Below, in pieces: positions 1 to 11,575 of a stretch of DNA of 64,000 bases. The position numbers and the translations under genes were made by a program. The stretch covers positions 471,583-535,582 of the forward strand of contig NMRA01000283.1 in NCBI GenBank assembly GCA_002633005.1, read 5' to 3'. The notes below the pieces were generated by a model. The model saw only the letters and a list, made by a program, of their open reading frames with translations, searched no databases and was not told the origin of the DNA. The stretch is from Phoronis australis. Lineage: Eukaryota > Animalia > Phoronida. Within the stretch, counting starts at the first letter, position 1; the number at the start of each line of letters is the position of its first letter.

Positions 1-624
1 GTTGCTGATAATCTCTTTGTTAACAACCGTAGTGGTTCTGTCAAGGTCATTTAGAATTGGCGTGTTAACATGAGTAGGTGATCCGGTGTTCGAGGTGCAA
101 AGTGCTATTTTGAATCATTTGATAATGAATTTATTATCAATAGATGGCACCTTAAAAACTATAACATGCCACAAAGACTGATCGGAATAAAATATCTTTG
201 CTTCTATCACATTCTGTAATACGAGTGAGATATGCTGTTCAGTGTAGAGTGAGCTGATATTCTTGTCCATTTTTTGTTTCTTGTCCATTGAAAGCACCCT
301 TTGCAGTCTGTAAACCAATCAATTTATCTGGAGATTTGCGGTTCAAGTGGAAAGTTCACTTCTCAGTAAATCCTCCTTTTCTGCTTTGCAAGGATCATGA
401 ACTTGGAATGTTGTTGAGTTGAATTGTGTACTAGATGGTGTTTGTACACAGATCACGAATGTGCTAAGCTTGCAACAACATCATCCTAAGTCACTGCTGC
501 ACATGCTTGCCTGTTGAGAATTCTGAAGTGTTATACCATACCTTCTTATCAGAAAAAGCTTTTGATTATGCCTCACCTCACTTTCAAGAGTCTGCGTCGA
601 TTGATTACTCTTATTCCTTTTACT

Positions 625-885
625 CACCAACAATGAACATCGCCTCTGAGACAGTCCCTAGCTAGTTCCGTGACTGTTGGGAAGTTTTCCCCATCTGTTT
701 CACTTGAATCAGAATCCTCTGGTTCGAACATGTAAGGCGTTATCCATCCAAATGTTGTTTCTACATCTTCTAAATCTTTCATGTCGCCTTACATTTCATT
801 GAACTCTCCCGTCTCTACAGTGTCTTCAAATTTGCTGTTATTGTCACTGCTGCTTTCACTGTCAAAGTTAGAATGTCCGTCCATC
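625..885 (-). pseudogene. Decayed exon encoding an acidic segment with ITPYMFEPE...DVHCW; probable accessory gene remnant of a DNA transposon
   Basis: Hand translation MDGHSNFDSESSS...*...GWITPYMFEPEDSDSSE...RGDVHC TG|gtgagt, with one internal stop. Confidence 0.35.
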
Positions 886-1079
886 ACGAGGTCTTAGGAT
901 TTTTTGACCCTCGTGCAAAAGTCTCACTTTTTTGTCATGGTGCGCGTGAGCCATTTGTGTAACACCACCTTATGCCCTTTCATAATCTTTTGTCTAGGGG
1001 TGACTATAGACAGATTAGTTTCCTGGTACACGCACTCCGCCAGCATGTCGCTATGGGTTCGATAAAACTTTATTCATTG

Positions 1080-1660
1080 CCAGCCTGTCCCGCACTGCAC
1101 GCAGGGACCCTGTACTTGTTGGGCATTTTGTCCAAGATTTGGAGATGAGCGCTACTCCATAGTCTAGCAACAAATGCACTTCTATTCACGTGAAGTGCTA
1201 GTTCCGCTTCACAAGGTGGAATACTGCTGCCCTCAATGCTTCTTAGCTTCTCTAATGGGTGCTTAGCATTTCACTTTCTTGTGTAGGCTTTGTCAACGAC
1301 TTTGCACTGGTGCTTGTTGAGTGGGACAAGAGTCCGTGCTTCGTACAACACACGGACAAAATCCTGTAAGATTTTGATGACTTCTTCTGTCGGGATATCG
1401 TGGCTCAGTGAAGTAAAAGCTCTGTGGAACTTGTTACTTTTTGCCACCATTGCATGTGGTGTGTTCTTTCCTTTCCTTACAAATGTAGAGGTATAGTCAC
1501 AACCAGTGAACGCGAGTAGGCCGGTGAGTGCATCACACATAGCTCGGCCTATCGCAGTACCAATCTTAGTTACATTTACATAACAAAGATTGCCTTGTCC
1601 TATAGTCCCAACCTCCATCCACGCCATCATAACTGGTATTTTTGTTCATTTGAAATAATG
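1080..1660 (-). mobile_element. Decayed ORF of an invertebrate repeat family with AFTGCDYTS.F..KGK and IPPCEAELALHVNRSAFVARLW motifs
   Basis: ORF 1271..1630 plus a frameshifted or stop-interrupted continuation at about 1250-1150. Confidence 0.6.
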
Positions 1661-2189
1661 TTTTGTCCATAGCAGTAATTCAGAATTTTCGCATTTCCTC
1701 TTTTATACGAGTTCATTTTGGGATCCTTTTATCCCCTGGCGTCAAAACACCCCCCCCCNCCCCCCCGTGGATATGGTGTATGGAGTTACTAAACTATCTT
1801 TTGGAAAAAAAATTTTTTTGTACTTAAAAGTTAAAATAAATTGTTAATTGGTCGTTAATTAGTAGGCGTCTTAATTAATAACCCCAGGCATTTTCGCGTC
1901 TTAAGTTGCATCATTTTAATTTGGTTGGTGATAAGAATGAAATAAACATGAAACAGATGTTGCACTTGAAATCTTAATTAAATGGATTTTTGGGCCCTCT
2001 TTTGGACCCCACAGGGACCAAAACCCGGGATTGCTCAACTTAAGACACCCCTTTCCTTCAATGGTTGGTGAGTTACAATAGAATTGCGCACTCAAATCTT
2101 TTGCACTCAAAAGTGTGAATAAACTCTTGCTGGTTCTCCAACTATTCCAATAGTGGATTTTCTTTAATTCTTCACTCCCACTGGAGGAT

Positions 2190-2970
2190 TGGCGACCACG
2201 CTTGGCTTTCACCGTGATAAGAGACGTTGCTATTTCAGCTTGAAATTTCCGCAACTTCGATAAATCTTTCTTCAGTAGACCAAGGGATTTGAAATCCCTT
2301 TGGTAGATTAACCAGGCATTGACCACAGAGATCTGCACTGTATGCCAGAATCTGTACGAGTAGTAGTACCAGCCACGTAAGGTAATAGGGTACTTGTATT
2401 TTGACACAAACCCATCCAACAAATCCACTCCACCCATACATAATTATACTGATTGTATTCACCAACAAGGTATGGGCATGGTACCTCAATGAACTGCTTC
2501 ATTGATCGGTCCCATCTTCTCACCTTATCTGTTGGCCGCGGACCAACAAATGAGGACAGCAGTGTGATAGGCTTATTAGCGTACCACTGCACAGTGCATA
2601 TGTTCGTTGACTACTCAACTCTCGTCTCATGATGACATTTGTCCTTCAGTTCTTTTTCTGTTGGCATGGAACAGCCCTTCACCCGGTTTACATCAACAGT
2701 TCCAAGAAACCACAAGCCTCTCTCCTGAAGCTTTTCAATCAGTGGGACACTTGTGAAAAAATTGTCTGCCACAACTTTATAATTCTTGCCAGGCGGCAAT
2801 GTTGACGAGTGCAGGCCCGCTCTTTTATGCCCCACGGGTGAGGCTCACCACAGGTGTACTGTTTCAGTCCACTGAACTTCCCTTTGAATGGAATCATCAT
2901 TTCGTCAACAGAATTGTATTCCTCGGGCGTAACTTTTAAGCAGTTGTTACGAAACATATCTAGCAAAGCT
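2190..2970 (-). mobile_element. piggyBac-family transposase pseudogene (PGBD2/3-like)
   Basis: Catalytic DDD motifs across frameshifted ORFs: SVDEMMIPFKGK...KQY...PHPWGIK, ADNFFTSVPL, YNQY..MGGVDLLD, VVNAWLIY. Confidence 0.92.
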
Positions 2971-3076
2971 CAATTGATTTATGTTGCAAATATGCTACAA
3001 TGGGTCTTGCTGGTTGCAAACAACATTTTTTGCCACACCATGCATTTCCAAGGGGGTTTTGATTCTCTAAATAAAA

Positions 3077-3555
3077 TTTATTTTATTTTATTTTATTATT
3101 GTGATATTTAAAATGAGGGTGGCCTCTTCAGTGATAGCACTGCTTTCCAAGAGGGCCCTCAACCAGAAAAACAGTAATATAATACAATGAAGTAATAAAA
3201 CAACAAGGAAATATACGTAACAAAGATACAATTAAAACAGTTAAGGTTGGGAATTAAGACAGTAACTAAATGACAAATAATGGTAAAAAATTAACTAAGA
3301 CAGATGAAATAAATTAAGAGATGACTCTAGACAATGAGAGTATTTACGACAAAGAAAAAATGACATGATTAAGACAGGCAGGCACTTTTTAACATTAACT
3401 TTAAAGGTAGTAATTGAATTGGACCGTTTAATTTCTGGGCTAAAAGAATTCCATATTATAGCAGCTGCATAGATAAAAGATCTCTTGCCCGTCTCGGTTG
3501 CATATTTGCAACACGAGGCCTTCTGTGGCTTTATACAGCTTCCCATGCACGGTGA
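3077..3555 (-). mobile_element. 3' end of a CR1/L2-type LINE (5'-truncated)
   Basis: GKRSFIYAAAIIWNSF...SITTFK C-terminal ORF2 motif, a short stem-loop 3' UTR and an (AAAAT)n tail at 3077-3100. Confidence 0.75.
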
Positions 3556-4269
3556 AATTAGTTCTTGTTCTCTGCTGAAGTTTTGCTAGATTAGAATTTC
3601 TTCTACTCATTTTTCATCTGGTGGATCGTCGGAGTAATCCTTAAGTAGGTTGCTATCGCTTACATTGCTTTTGTTCATGCTGAACAGTGCTGATGAACGG
3701 GTGAATTCTTTTCTATTATGTACATGTAGAATAGATCTAGAAAATTCAGGATCTGATCTGAATAATGCCATTTCAGTTCTGGGTCCTGTTTCCAGCACAG
3801 CATTGGAAAATTAATCTGCCTAACTTCTGTTCTTGTTCTTAGGTGCAAAACGTAATTGATTTAATTCTTGTTCTGGCTGCTATGCTAGTGTGTATAAACA
3901 ACCCTGAAGATTTGTTCCTGAACTCATAGTTTGCAATGGATTCTTTGCTAAGTAGTGTACGAAATTTAGATTTTTTGACCTTTGGTATTGTCCATTACTT
4001 TACTAAGTCGTGTAAAGCAAGGTATTTGTTAAGTTATTAATATGTAATTGTTCTTGTTCGATTGTCTATTGTTGGGATTGTAGCCGCAACAAGATTGATA
4101 TGATTTTGGTCATTTTCACTATGTTTAAGTACACTTAGGCAAGTATAGTAACTGTTATCCATTAAGTGACTGAATAAGTCAAATGTATTCAGTAATTGAT
4201 AGCTACAACAAGCTAAACCAACAGATCTTGAAATTAATCCTCACACAGTTTGAGTCAGTCTTGATTGAT

Positions 4270-5800
4270 CACCATGATGACAAAGTTCCCATGTCTAAGG
4301 GGTAATGACCTCGAGAACAATGGCTGGTCCTTTCCATGGGGGTAATAGTTTCCTACACTTCCCTTTCTTAAACTAAATCCCCAACACTATACGAACGTTT
4401 GACCACTGATACATCATAATCACGTTTCATAACAACTTTGGTAGTTTGTAATGTCCCTCTAGCTGTCTCGCGAGTGTATGAAATTGCTTTACTGTAACAG
4501 TTTACATGCGTAATCGTGACGCTCGGGGCGTCTTATTATCTAGCCCGGGGCAGGACTTTTGAACTATTTTAGTGTTTAAATCGAACGTACTTTTAAGTCA
4601 AAAGAAACAATCGCCAAGTTGTAGTATATAGTATGCAGCATTTACTAACTAAACAAAACAGTATAGTCGCTAGTACGTTTACTCACAGGCAGTCTTGAGT
4701 AGCGTTGTCGGACATTGTCGGTCTTTGTTCTAGGGTTTAAGTGCGGTGGGCGTGCGTTGTGATTGATGCGTCTTATTTGTTAGACGATGAAACCCCAGCA
4801 TTCTGCGGGGATAACTTATACGAGAACGATCACTTGCTTTGGGAGTAAATAGGGGTGAATTTAGATATAGAGTTGAAATGTTTAAGGGGCTAAACCTAAG
4901 TGGGCTTACGCATTCATAACTGCGAGCTCCGCTTAGGTTGAATTTGGTAGAGCCAAAATGCAGCGTCTGTGTTGTGTTACAAAGATAAAGTCTGATAGCT
5001 TAAAAGAGTATTTGATTACGAGGTCTCTTACCAGCGTGCTACCTTACAAAAGTTGTCCACATAGCCCCTCCCTTAACGGGCAAGCCGGAAACTAATAGGC
5101 ATACAACATCTCCCTTACTGGGATCATGAACCCTTAACAACTATATAGAAGAAAATCACTTAACAAGTATAAAAATAAAAGAAAGTCACTCTGTCCCATT
5201 TTTCAGGCGTTTGTCAAATCTTAACACTACAAGTATGTCTCACAGTTTTTCACCTAAACCACAATTCATTGCTCAATCAATCTTTCCGGGGGTTTTGAGA
5301 TCCTCCCCGATCTAGTTCTCACTACCGTGGCATGCTCTATCTCTCGAGAAGGTCATCGATGTCATCACTTTTCAAAGGGCACTTGGATTGATCAAAAGTT
5401 TGGGGCAGGATTGAAGATCGCTTGGGGCATCGCATTACTGGCCATAGAACAGTCTGTACGACGCTAGAAAGAGTGACCGAACCCCCGAAACCATGAGGTG
5501 GCCCGCTATTTATAGAGGGTGTCACATGACAAACCGGGCCAATGACAAGTCACCAAATTAAAGTTCTTGGACTTAATGGTTCCTGACCAAATAAGGTATG
5601 ATCAAATTATACGAATTTACTAGTACCAACGATGACCAACAGGTGTCCTGCTAATACAGGGACAGAGATGAGATCATTCCTGTTACACATATATCCAGTA
5701 GGATCCTCCGTATTATTTAAAGGTGGTGCATTCATGAGATCCAGTGGTCGAATGATTTCCCGACCCAGCATCCTTCTATGTGCTGTAAAACCCGTAGTGA
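4270..5800 (-). mobile_element. Ty3/Gypsy integrase C-terminal remnant, split by an LTR insertion
   Basis: TTGFTAHRRMLGREIIRPLDL (about 5690-5790) continues as RETARGTLQTTKVVMKRDYD and GKCRKLLPPWKGPAIVLEVI (GPY/F-like) at about 4300-4490. Confidence 0.75.
4493..5687 (-). mobile_element. Solo LTR of about 1.2 kb nested in the Gypsy integrase
   Basis: Inverted termini TGTAACAG (4493-4500) and CTGTTACA (5680-5687); TATAAATA box on the minus strand near 5510; it interrupts the integrase frame. No clear TSD. Confidence 0.65.
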
Positions 5801-6179
5801 AGAGTACCTGCACTTCCATTGGTGTCCCTTTGATGCTTTCGCATTGGCTCGCGATTGGATGACAACACCTCCTGGTATTTTGTGCTCGACTCCACTTTTT
5901 GCTTTGACTAATTTTCACATTTCTGCAATCTTCAGGAAATGGTTACAAAATCCTGTCCGCAGGATTGTCTCGTCTTGCCTTTGTAATGAAATTGTCTTGT
6001 ATTTTCTGTGTCTACTAGATTCACCATCATGCTGTATTTTTGTTTTGTAATCTTGCTTAATTGGGCAGAATTAGAAGTAATGATTGATGCAACATTGCTT
6101 TAGAATATCTTTTGAGTAATTTTTGGTATTGATAGGTCTGCGTCTCAAATGTGGAACATGTTCTTGAAATGAATCCTAA

Positions 6180-6517
6180 ACCAACCCTTCTGAATTAAAC
6201 TGTCCAAGAGGTCATTGCTGTATTCTTTACTCCTGGACGAGTCCACTGATACAAGTCCTCTTGACCTCTTGAATCACACCATCCAGTAGGTCGCTGTGTT
6301 ATTCTTTGCCTCTGAATGAGTCGATTGACACCAACCCTCTTAAAGTCTGGAATTGCACCTTCTAAGAGGTCATTTTGATATTCTTTACTTCTGAACAGTC
6401 CATTCAGGCCAATCCTCTTGACCTCTGGAATTGTGCAATCCAAGAGGTCATTGTGATATTCTTTGCCTCTGGATGGGTCCATTGAGACCAATCTCCCTTA
6501 CCTATGGAATTGCACTA
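6180..6517. repeat. Diverged tandem repeat, unit about 78-80 bp, about 4 copies
   Basis: Units beginning tccaagaggtcatt...ttcttt near 6202, 6282, 6361 and 6439. Confidence 0.8.
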
Positions 6518-8221
6518 AAAACTGTCAATCTCCAAAAACTAATCATTGGCATAATCGTGCTAGATATAAGTGGAGACTGATGCACTGAAAACTGGAGATC
6601 AAAACTCATTTTGATTTTGTGCATGGCATGCCCTTGATCATTACAACGTGCCATGCAACTCACTTCAATCTCCCCCTCCCCCCCTCCTTACTCCACTTGC
6701 CAACAAATTAGTACTCTTCCCGATGTTAATTCTGGCTACTATCCATTGTCTCTAATATTTTCCAAGCAACTATAATTGTGTGTGTGGTCAGCTACAGGCG
6801 ATTTTATATGTCCTACTCTGTAGACCCACATAATTGTAGGCAAAGGCTACAAGTATAAAAGGTATTCTTGCACAGATGTAATCAACTGACCTGTTTTTAA
6901 TTATTTCTGTCATTCTCTGATTGCCTTAGCGAAATCATCGTCACGTCCAGTACAACTGGCTCCTGGCAGTCTGGTAAAATCTCCCATTCGCGAGAGGCAA
7001 TTTTCAGTAGCGGTCATCTTCGCGTCGAATTTGCACTTTTCATAGCAGCAAATGAACTCAACTTCAGTTATGAGTCCTCATTGCTCACAGTTACACACTG
7101 GCATAAAGTATTGACATGGGCTGGTTGCACCAGCATATTTTTGTCTAAAAGGTGGTCAGTATCACTTTGAGAAGCTTCAGGCTCAAGTAGATTACCATTG
7201 CAACTGGACATTTCACTCATAAATCTCTTAAGTTCCCATAAGAATGCTACTCCACTCACTAAATTGGATGCTGACTTCCCAGGAAGCAGAGCCCCAAGTG
7301 GGTATTTATGGAACTACTACTGACAACTCATCAAAAAATTTTCAAAATAAAATATTACGCCTCTAGTCAATATAGCTTGTGTAGTCAACGAAAAGAGTTT
7401 ATATGTGAAGGAATATAAACATAATGAATATATACAAGCACGAAAAATTACATAAAATCCTAAATATTGTATTAAGACTTCTAAGTAATCAATGTTTTTT
7501 AGAACTGATATTGCAGTGTTCGTTTGACTAAATAAATTCTGTCAACTGAACCTGTTCAGAATGTCTTTGGGAGGTTCTCTATGTGATATGGCTTGAAACT
7601 GGCCAAACCTTGGATCATTGCAGATAACTTGTACACACTGTTGAGGGGATACCTTTTTACCAGATCATTCACCATGCAAGAATATTTTTTGTCTGGTCAT
7701 CCCTTCTGAAATGCCTCGAAAAGTGAGTCTCGATTACAGATGTTAATTATTCTTGAATTGGTTTGTAGACACCTTCTTTATTGCAATTTAATGGCACTGA
7801 AGCATTCTTACACGTCCAAAGTCATCTGCTAGTTAAGCAAAGGTTTACTGTTGGAAATAGCATCCTCAAGCATAATAATGTCTTTATTCAAATTCTTGAC
7901 ATTTTCCTGAAAGGCGAAAATAAGATGTTGATGTATGTGATGATGGTGTATTTGCGAAGATCTTTGCCTCAGTCAACCCACAGGACTGGAGAAATAAAGT
8001 AGATCTAGAGATATAAAGTAATCACGCTCTTGGAAATTCATCCGTTAATTATAACTGGCTATGATCATAGTAGTCACGTTTTTTAGTGGCTGCCAATGAT
8101 GCCACAGAAAACTGACTGTAAACCCTCCCAACATCGCCTGAAACAACTTTTGACTGAGATCTCTTGCCATTCTTAAAGTGGTCTGAAATTGTTGCTTAGT
8201 CAAGTTACAGGTGATTTTCAC

Positions 8222-8343
8222 GGCTGCAAAAGAACTGACAATTCGCTGTTGCTTGAGACCAGATTTTTCAAGTTAGTCACGACAGTTTATGCATCGAGCA
8301 AATTGGTCTCAAGAAATAATGAACTGTCAGTTCTCTGCAAGCC
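8222..8343. mobile_element. Palindromic MITE-like element (relatives near 26620-26750 and 33400-33540)
   Basis: Arms ggctgcaaaagaactgacaattc...cttgagacca and tggtctcaag...gaactgtcagttctctgcaagcc. Confidence 0.6.
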
Positions 8344-8499
8344 CAGTACTTAAAACACTAACGGACACATTAAGGCCAATTTCATAACTGTAAATGGTCC
8401 AAATCAAAATTTTGGTTTTTTGATGGAACCTTGATTTATACCAGTTTGAATTTTTTAAGCATTTCAATAGAACAACAACTTTATTGAACTTGAGGGCCT

Positions 8500-9165
8500 C
8501 CGAGTTCCTTTACGCTTTAGGCGATTGTCTCTTTCAATCTCGATTGGTTCAGTGATTTCCATCAGTGATTATGTTGTTGATTTTATTTTCACAGTCCTGC
8601 CATGTTTCCATTTCAGTGCTTTCAGGAATGTTATAGAAAATGAGATTGTTACGTCTGCTCTGAGCCTCGTTCGACAGAACATGTTGTTCTAGTCGTTTAA
8701 CTTTTTCTTTTAGCTCTTGAGTCTTTTTGTCAACCTTGGACAATTGACTTTTGATGTCACCAGGATGTCTGTAGACTTGATCAAAATGACCATTTATAAC
8801 CTGCATCACCTGTGCGTGGGAGATATCATCCTGATTTTGAGTCGCTGCATATTCAGTGATACTGGCTATTCGAGGCTCAGCGGTGTTTGATCCCTTTTGC
8901 TTAGGCATTTTGAATTACATAACAAGGGAATGGATGTCCGCGTCTACCTAGTTTCAGGTTCAGTTATCATGTACAATGTTCAACTCTCAATTGGCATTAC
9001 CTGTACAAAAGTAACGTCTCAAACTCACACTGTTTTTCACTTTGTCTGTATTCTGCAGAATTACTACTTTTTGGAGTATCTAGTTCTTTGCCACTCGCTA
9101 ATAATTTCTATAACTGAGAGAACAGATCTTGACACTGTCCGTCGTCAAATGCCGCGCCATCTATC
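8500..9165 (-). mobile_element. 5' part of a LINE: ORF1 (L1-ORF1-like coiled coil plus RRM start), truncated
   Basis: ORF 8549..8908: coiled coil then EAQSRRNNLIFYNIPE..E.WQDCE; IEIER..RL-like remnant just downstream. Confidence 0.75.
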
Positions 9166-11089
9166 AAGCATCTCACTACTTGTCAACTCGTTAAGTTCAG
9201 GCCGTCTATGCTGTGTTCATCTAATGCTTTCATGACCTTTCCTTTGAGTGTTTATGTGCACCAAGTTGTCAGAGGTACCCGGGCACATTGTTTAAAAAAA
9301 CTGGAAAATTTAGTTCATGAACTTTCCTTCGCTGGTTGAGGACAGACATTGATTTTGTAAGGTACAGTTTGTTATAGCTTTGTCAGAATACCTGGATTCA
9401 TTGCCTGGGTTTTTTCTAAAAGTTTCAAGTCTTTCTTTGAAATCATGCACTCCTTGAGCTTATTTAACGTTGAAAATCGTTTTTTTCTCTTCTAGCTCAG
9501 TCATAACAAAGAGACTTGTATTATTTTCTTGATTAATGTGTAACTTTTCTTTTGAGATATGTGTTATTTCGATGGAATTTAATTGACTAAGTTATATTTT
9601 GTAAAGTGCCATAGTCATGTCTCTGCATTACTGTAATTTGTTTTACCACATTTTAAGCCTTGGGAACTTGCTGGTCTCTCGATTCTCGCTCATTCGCTGA
9701 TCATCAAACAAAGATAGTATGGACCGAAAACTAGTGTCATGTAACTTGAATACAAATCGCTGACCATAAAACTCATAGTCGTATCCTGAATCATTGCTTC
9801 AAATGAATTGTCAACTTTTCATTTTGATAGTTACCAAAGAAAATTTTTCGACCAACAGTTCCGTGTAAGACATTCACTGTTGTCTAATTTATGAGCAGTG
9901 TCCTTTCCATTAGTTGATATCCGTTGCAAGTGTGGATGTCATACTGAGACATGAAACGACGGGCTCTATTCGCTCGGCCCTTGACACCTTGCCCAATTGC
10001 TACTTTGTATCAGAGATTATTTTCCTCTGCCTGACTCATCGACTCATGTTCCATTAGGGTGTTGGACTTGTGTTTGATGGTTAGTGAAGGGGGTTAAAAG
10101 CTATAAGCCTGTTCCATCTCTGTGCAAGTAATTCAAATTTGATTTTCGTGTTAAGCTACTAGAAATTACCTCGCTGAAATGAGAAACGATTTGTGGACTG
10201 GAATGGAACTCAAAATCTGCTGTTGCTGGAGACAAGGCTTATAAGGTGCATAGTCTCATTAAATTGTGAATATGCAAATGAGGTACTAATTTACAAACAA
10301 TCCTGGGTCTTCCAGTGTGCCGGAAACCATCTGAGAACCAGTTACCATTACAATCTTGCAAAAGTCTGGTTTTGCAAGACCTTTTATGCAAATGAGTGTG
10401 GTATATTTGCACTTGTTTGTAAGTGTATCAGTTGTAGTGTTTTCTTTAAAACCGCAATTTATTTACAAATTATTTCTTCCTTATTATACTTGTACACACA
10501 GTTCTCCAGGAAGTCACTAGGTGGTGCTTGGTACAAATTTACTTATTCACGTTTTTAATGAGACAGAGCATCTTTGACAAGTTGGATTGTCAAAGCGGGT
10601 CATTAAGTTCGTTTCTTTGACAGAGCATGGGTTTAATATAGCTTTTGTGTATTTATTGTCCACTCAATGTGGTGTTTGTATGTCATTTGAAATAATGCAA
10701 TAAAGATTTATTTTGTTAAAAAATATTTTCTCTTCCAACAAGACATTGTACATTACACAGTGTGTTCCCACATACTTATATGTGGGAACATGGTGTCGTC
10801 ATCCCTGTCTAGCTATCCATCTGGCATCTGCTGCTGTATCTTCAAAACCCCTGGATTTATGTTCATGGAATTTTGCAGATATCTTTCTTTCATGGGGGAC
10901 CTCACTATCGAATTTTCATACTGATCCTACTGCTGGTTTTCCCCTAGTTTTCCTTTATATCTTCAGAGTTCCTTTTACGGATTTTCATGAAATTTGGCAT
11001 ATAGGCATCTATTAGTGAGATGACATCACCTTTCCGTTTTCGGATGGGTTTGACATCTGCGTCATCTAGTGGCCATTTTTACTAAGCAA

Positions 11090-11575
11090 ATATGGAACAA
11101 AATCAGGAACCCCAACTGGGAATCGAACCACATGTCTCTAGATTGACGCTCTAGTGCTCTTACTATGAGCTTCTGAGGACCCAATATTTGTGCAATTATT
11201 GTTTGCAGCCAACTGTTATGTCATACATCCCATGAGCGGCATTTCAATTTTTTCAAATGTATAGATGCTGATTTTGGCCAATAGTGGATCAAAAACAAAC
11301 AGAAAAATCAGGAATCTCAAATGGGAATCGAACCACATGTCTATAGACTGATGGTGCAGAGCTCTTACCACTGAGCTACTGGGGACGCGTTATCTGTGCA
11401 GTTACTGTTATTTGCAGCCAACTGTTATTTCATCCATCTATGCCGCTCAGTGGTAAGAGCACTAGACCGGCAAGCTAGAGACCTGTGGTTTGATTCCCAG
11501 TTGGGGTTCCTGATTTTTCTGTGTTTATTTGATTCATTATTGACCAACCAGCATCTACATGTTTGCCATTTTTTC
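11090..11575. mobile_element. Three tRNA-derived SINE-like heads (two minus, one plus) within a larger composite repeat (about 10760-12530)
   Basis: A-box gctcagtggtaagagc and B-box ggtt(c/t)gattcc at about 11444-11500 (+), reverse-complement copies at about 11100-11175 and 11300-11385. Confidence 0.7.

Noticed and set aside
1750-1768. Poly-C tract as a G-quadruplex or regulatory element
   Set aside because: It contains an N and is probably a homopolymer contig join of uncertain length.
4760-4815. Hammerhead ribozyme-like motif (ttgatg-stem-gaaac-stem)
   Set aside because: The core lacks CUGANGA, and the base that should be U16.1 after stem III is A.
11440-11510. tRNA gene
   Set aside because: A and B boxes are present, but there is no clean acceptor stem and three diverged copies share downstream non-tRNA sequence, as expected for a SINE head.
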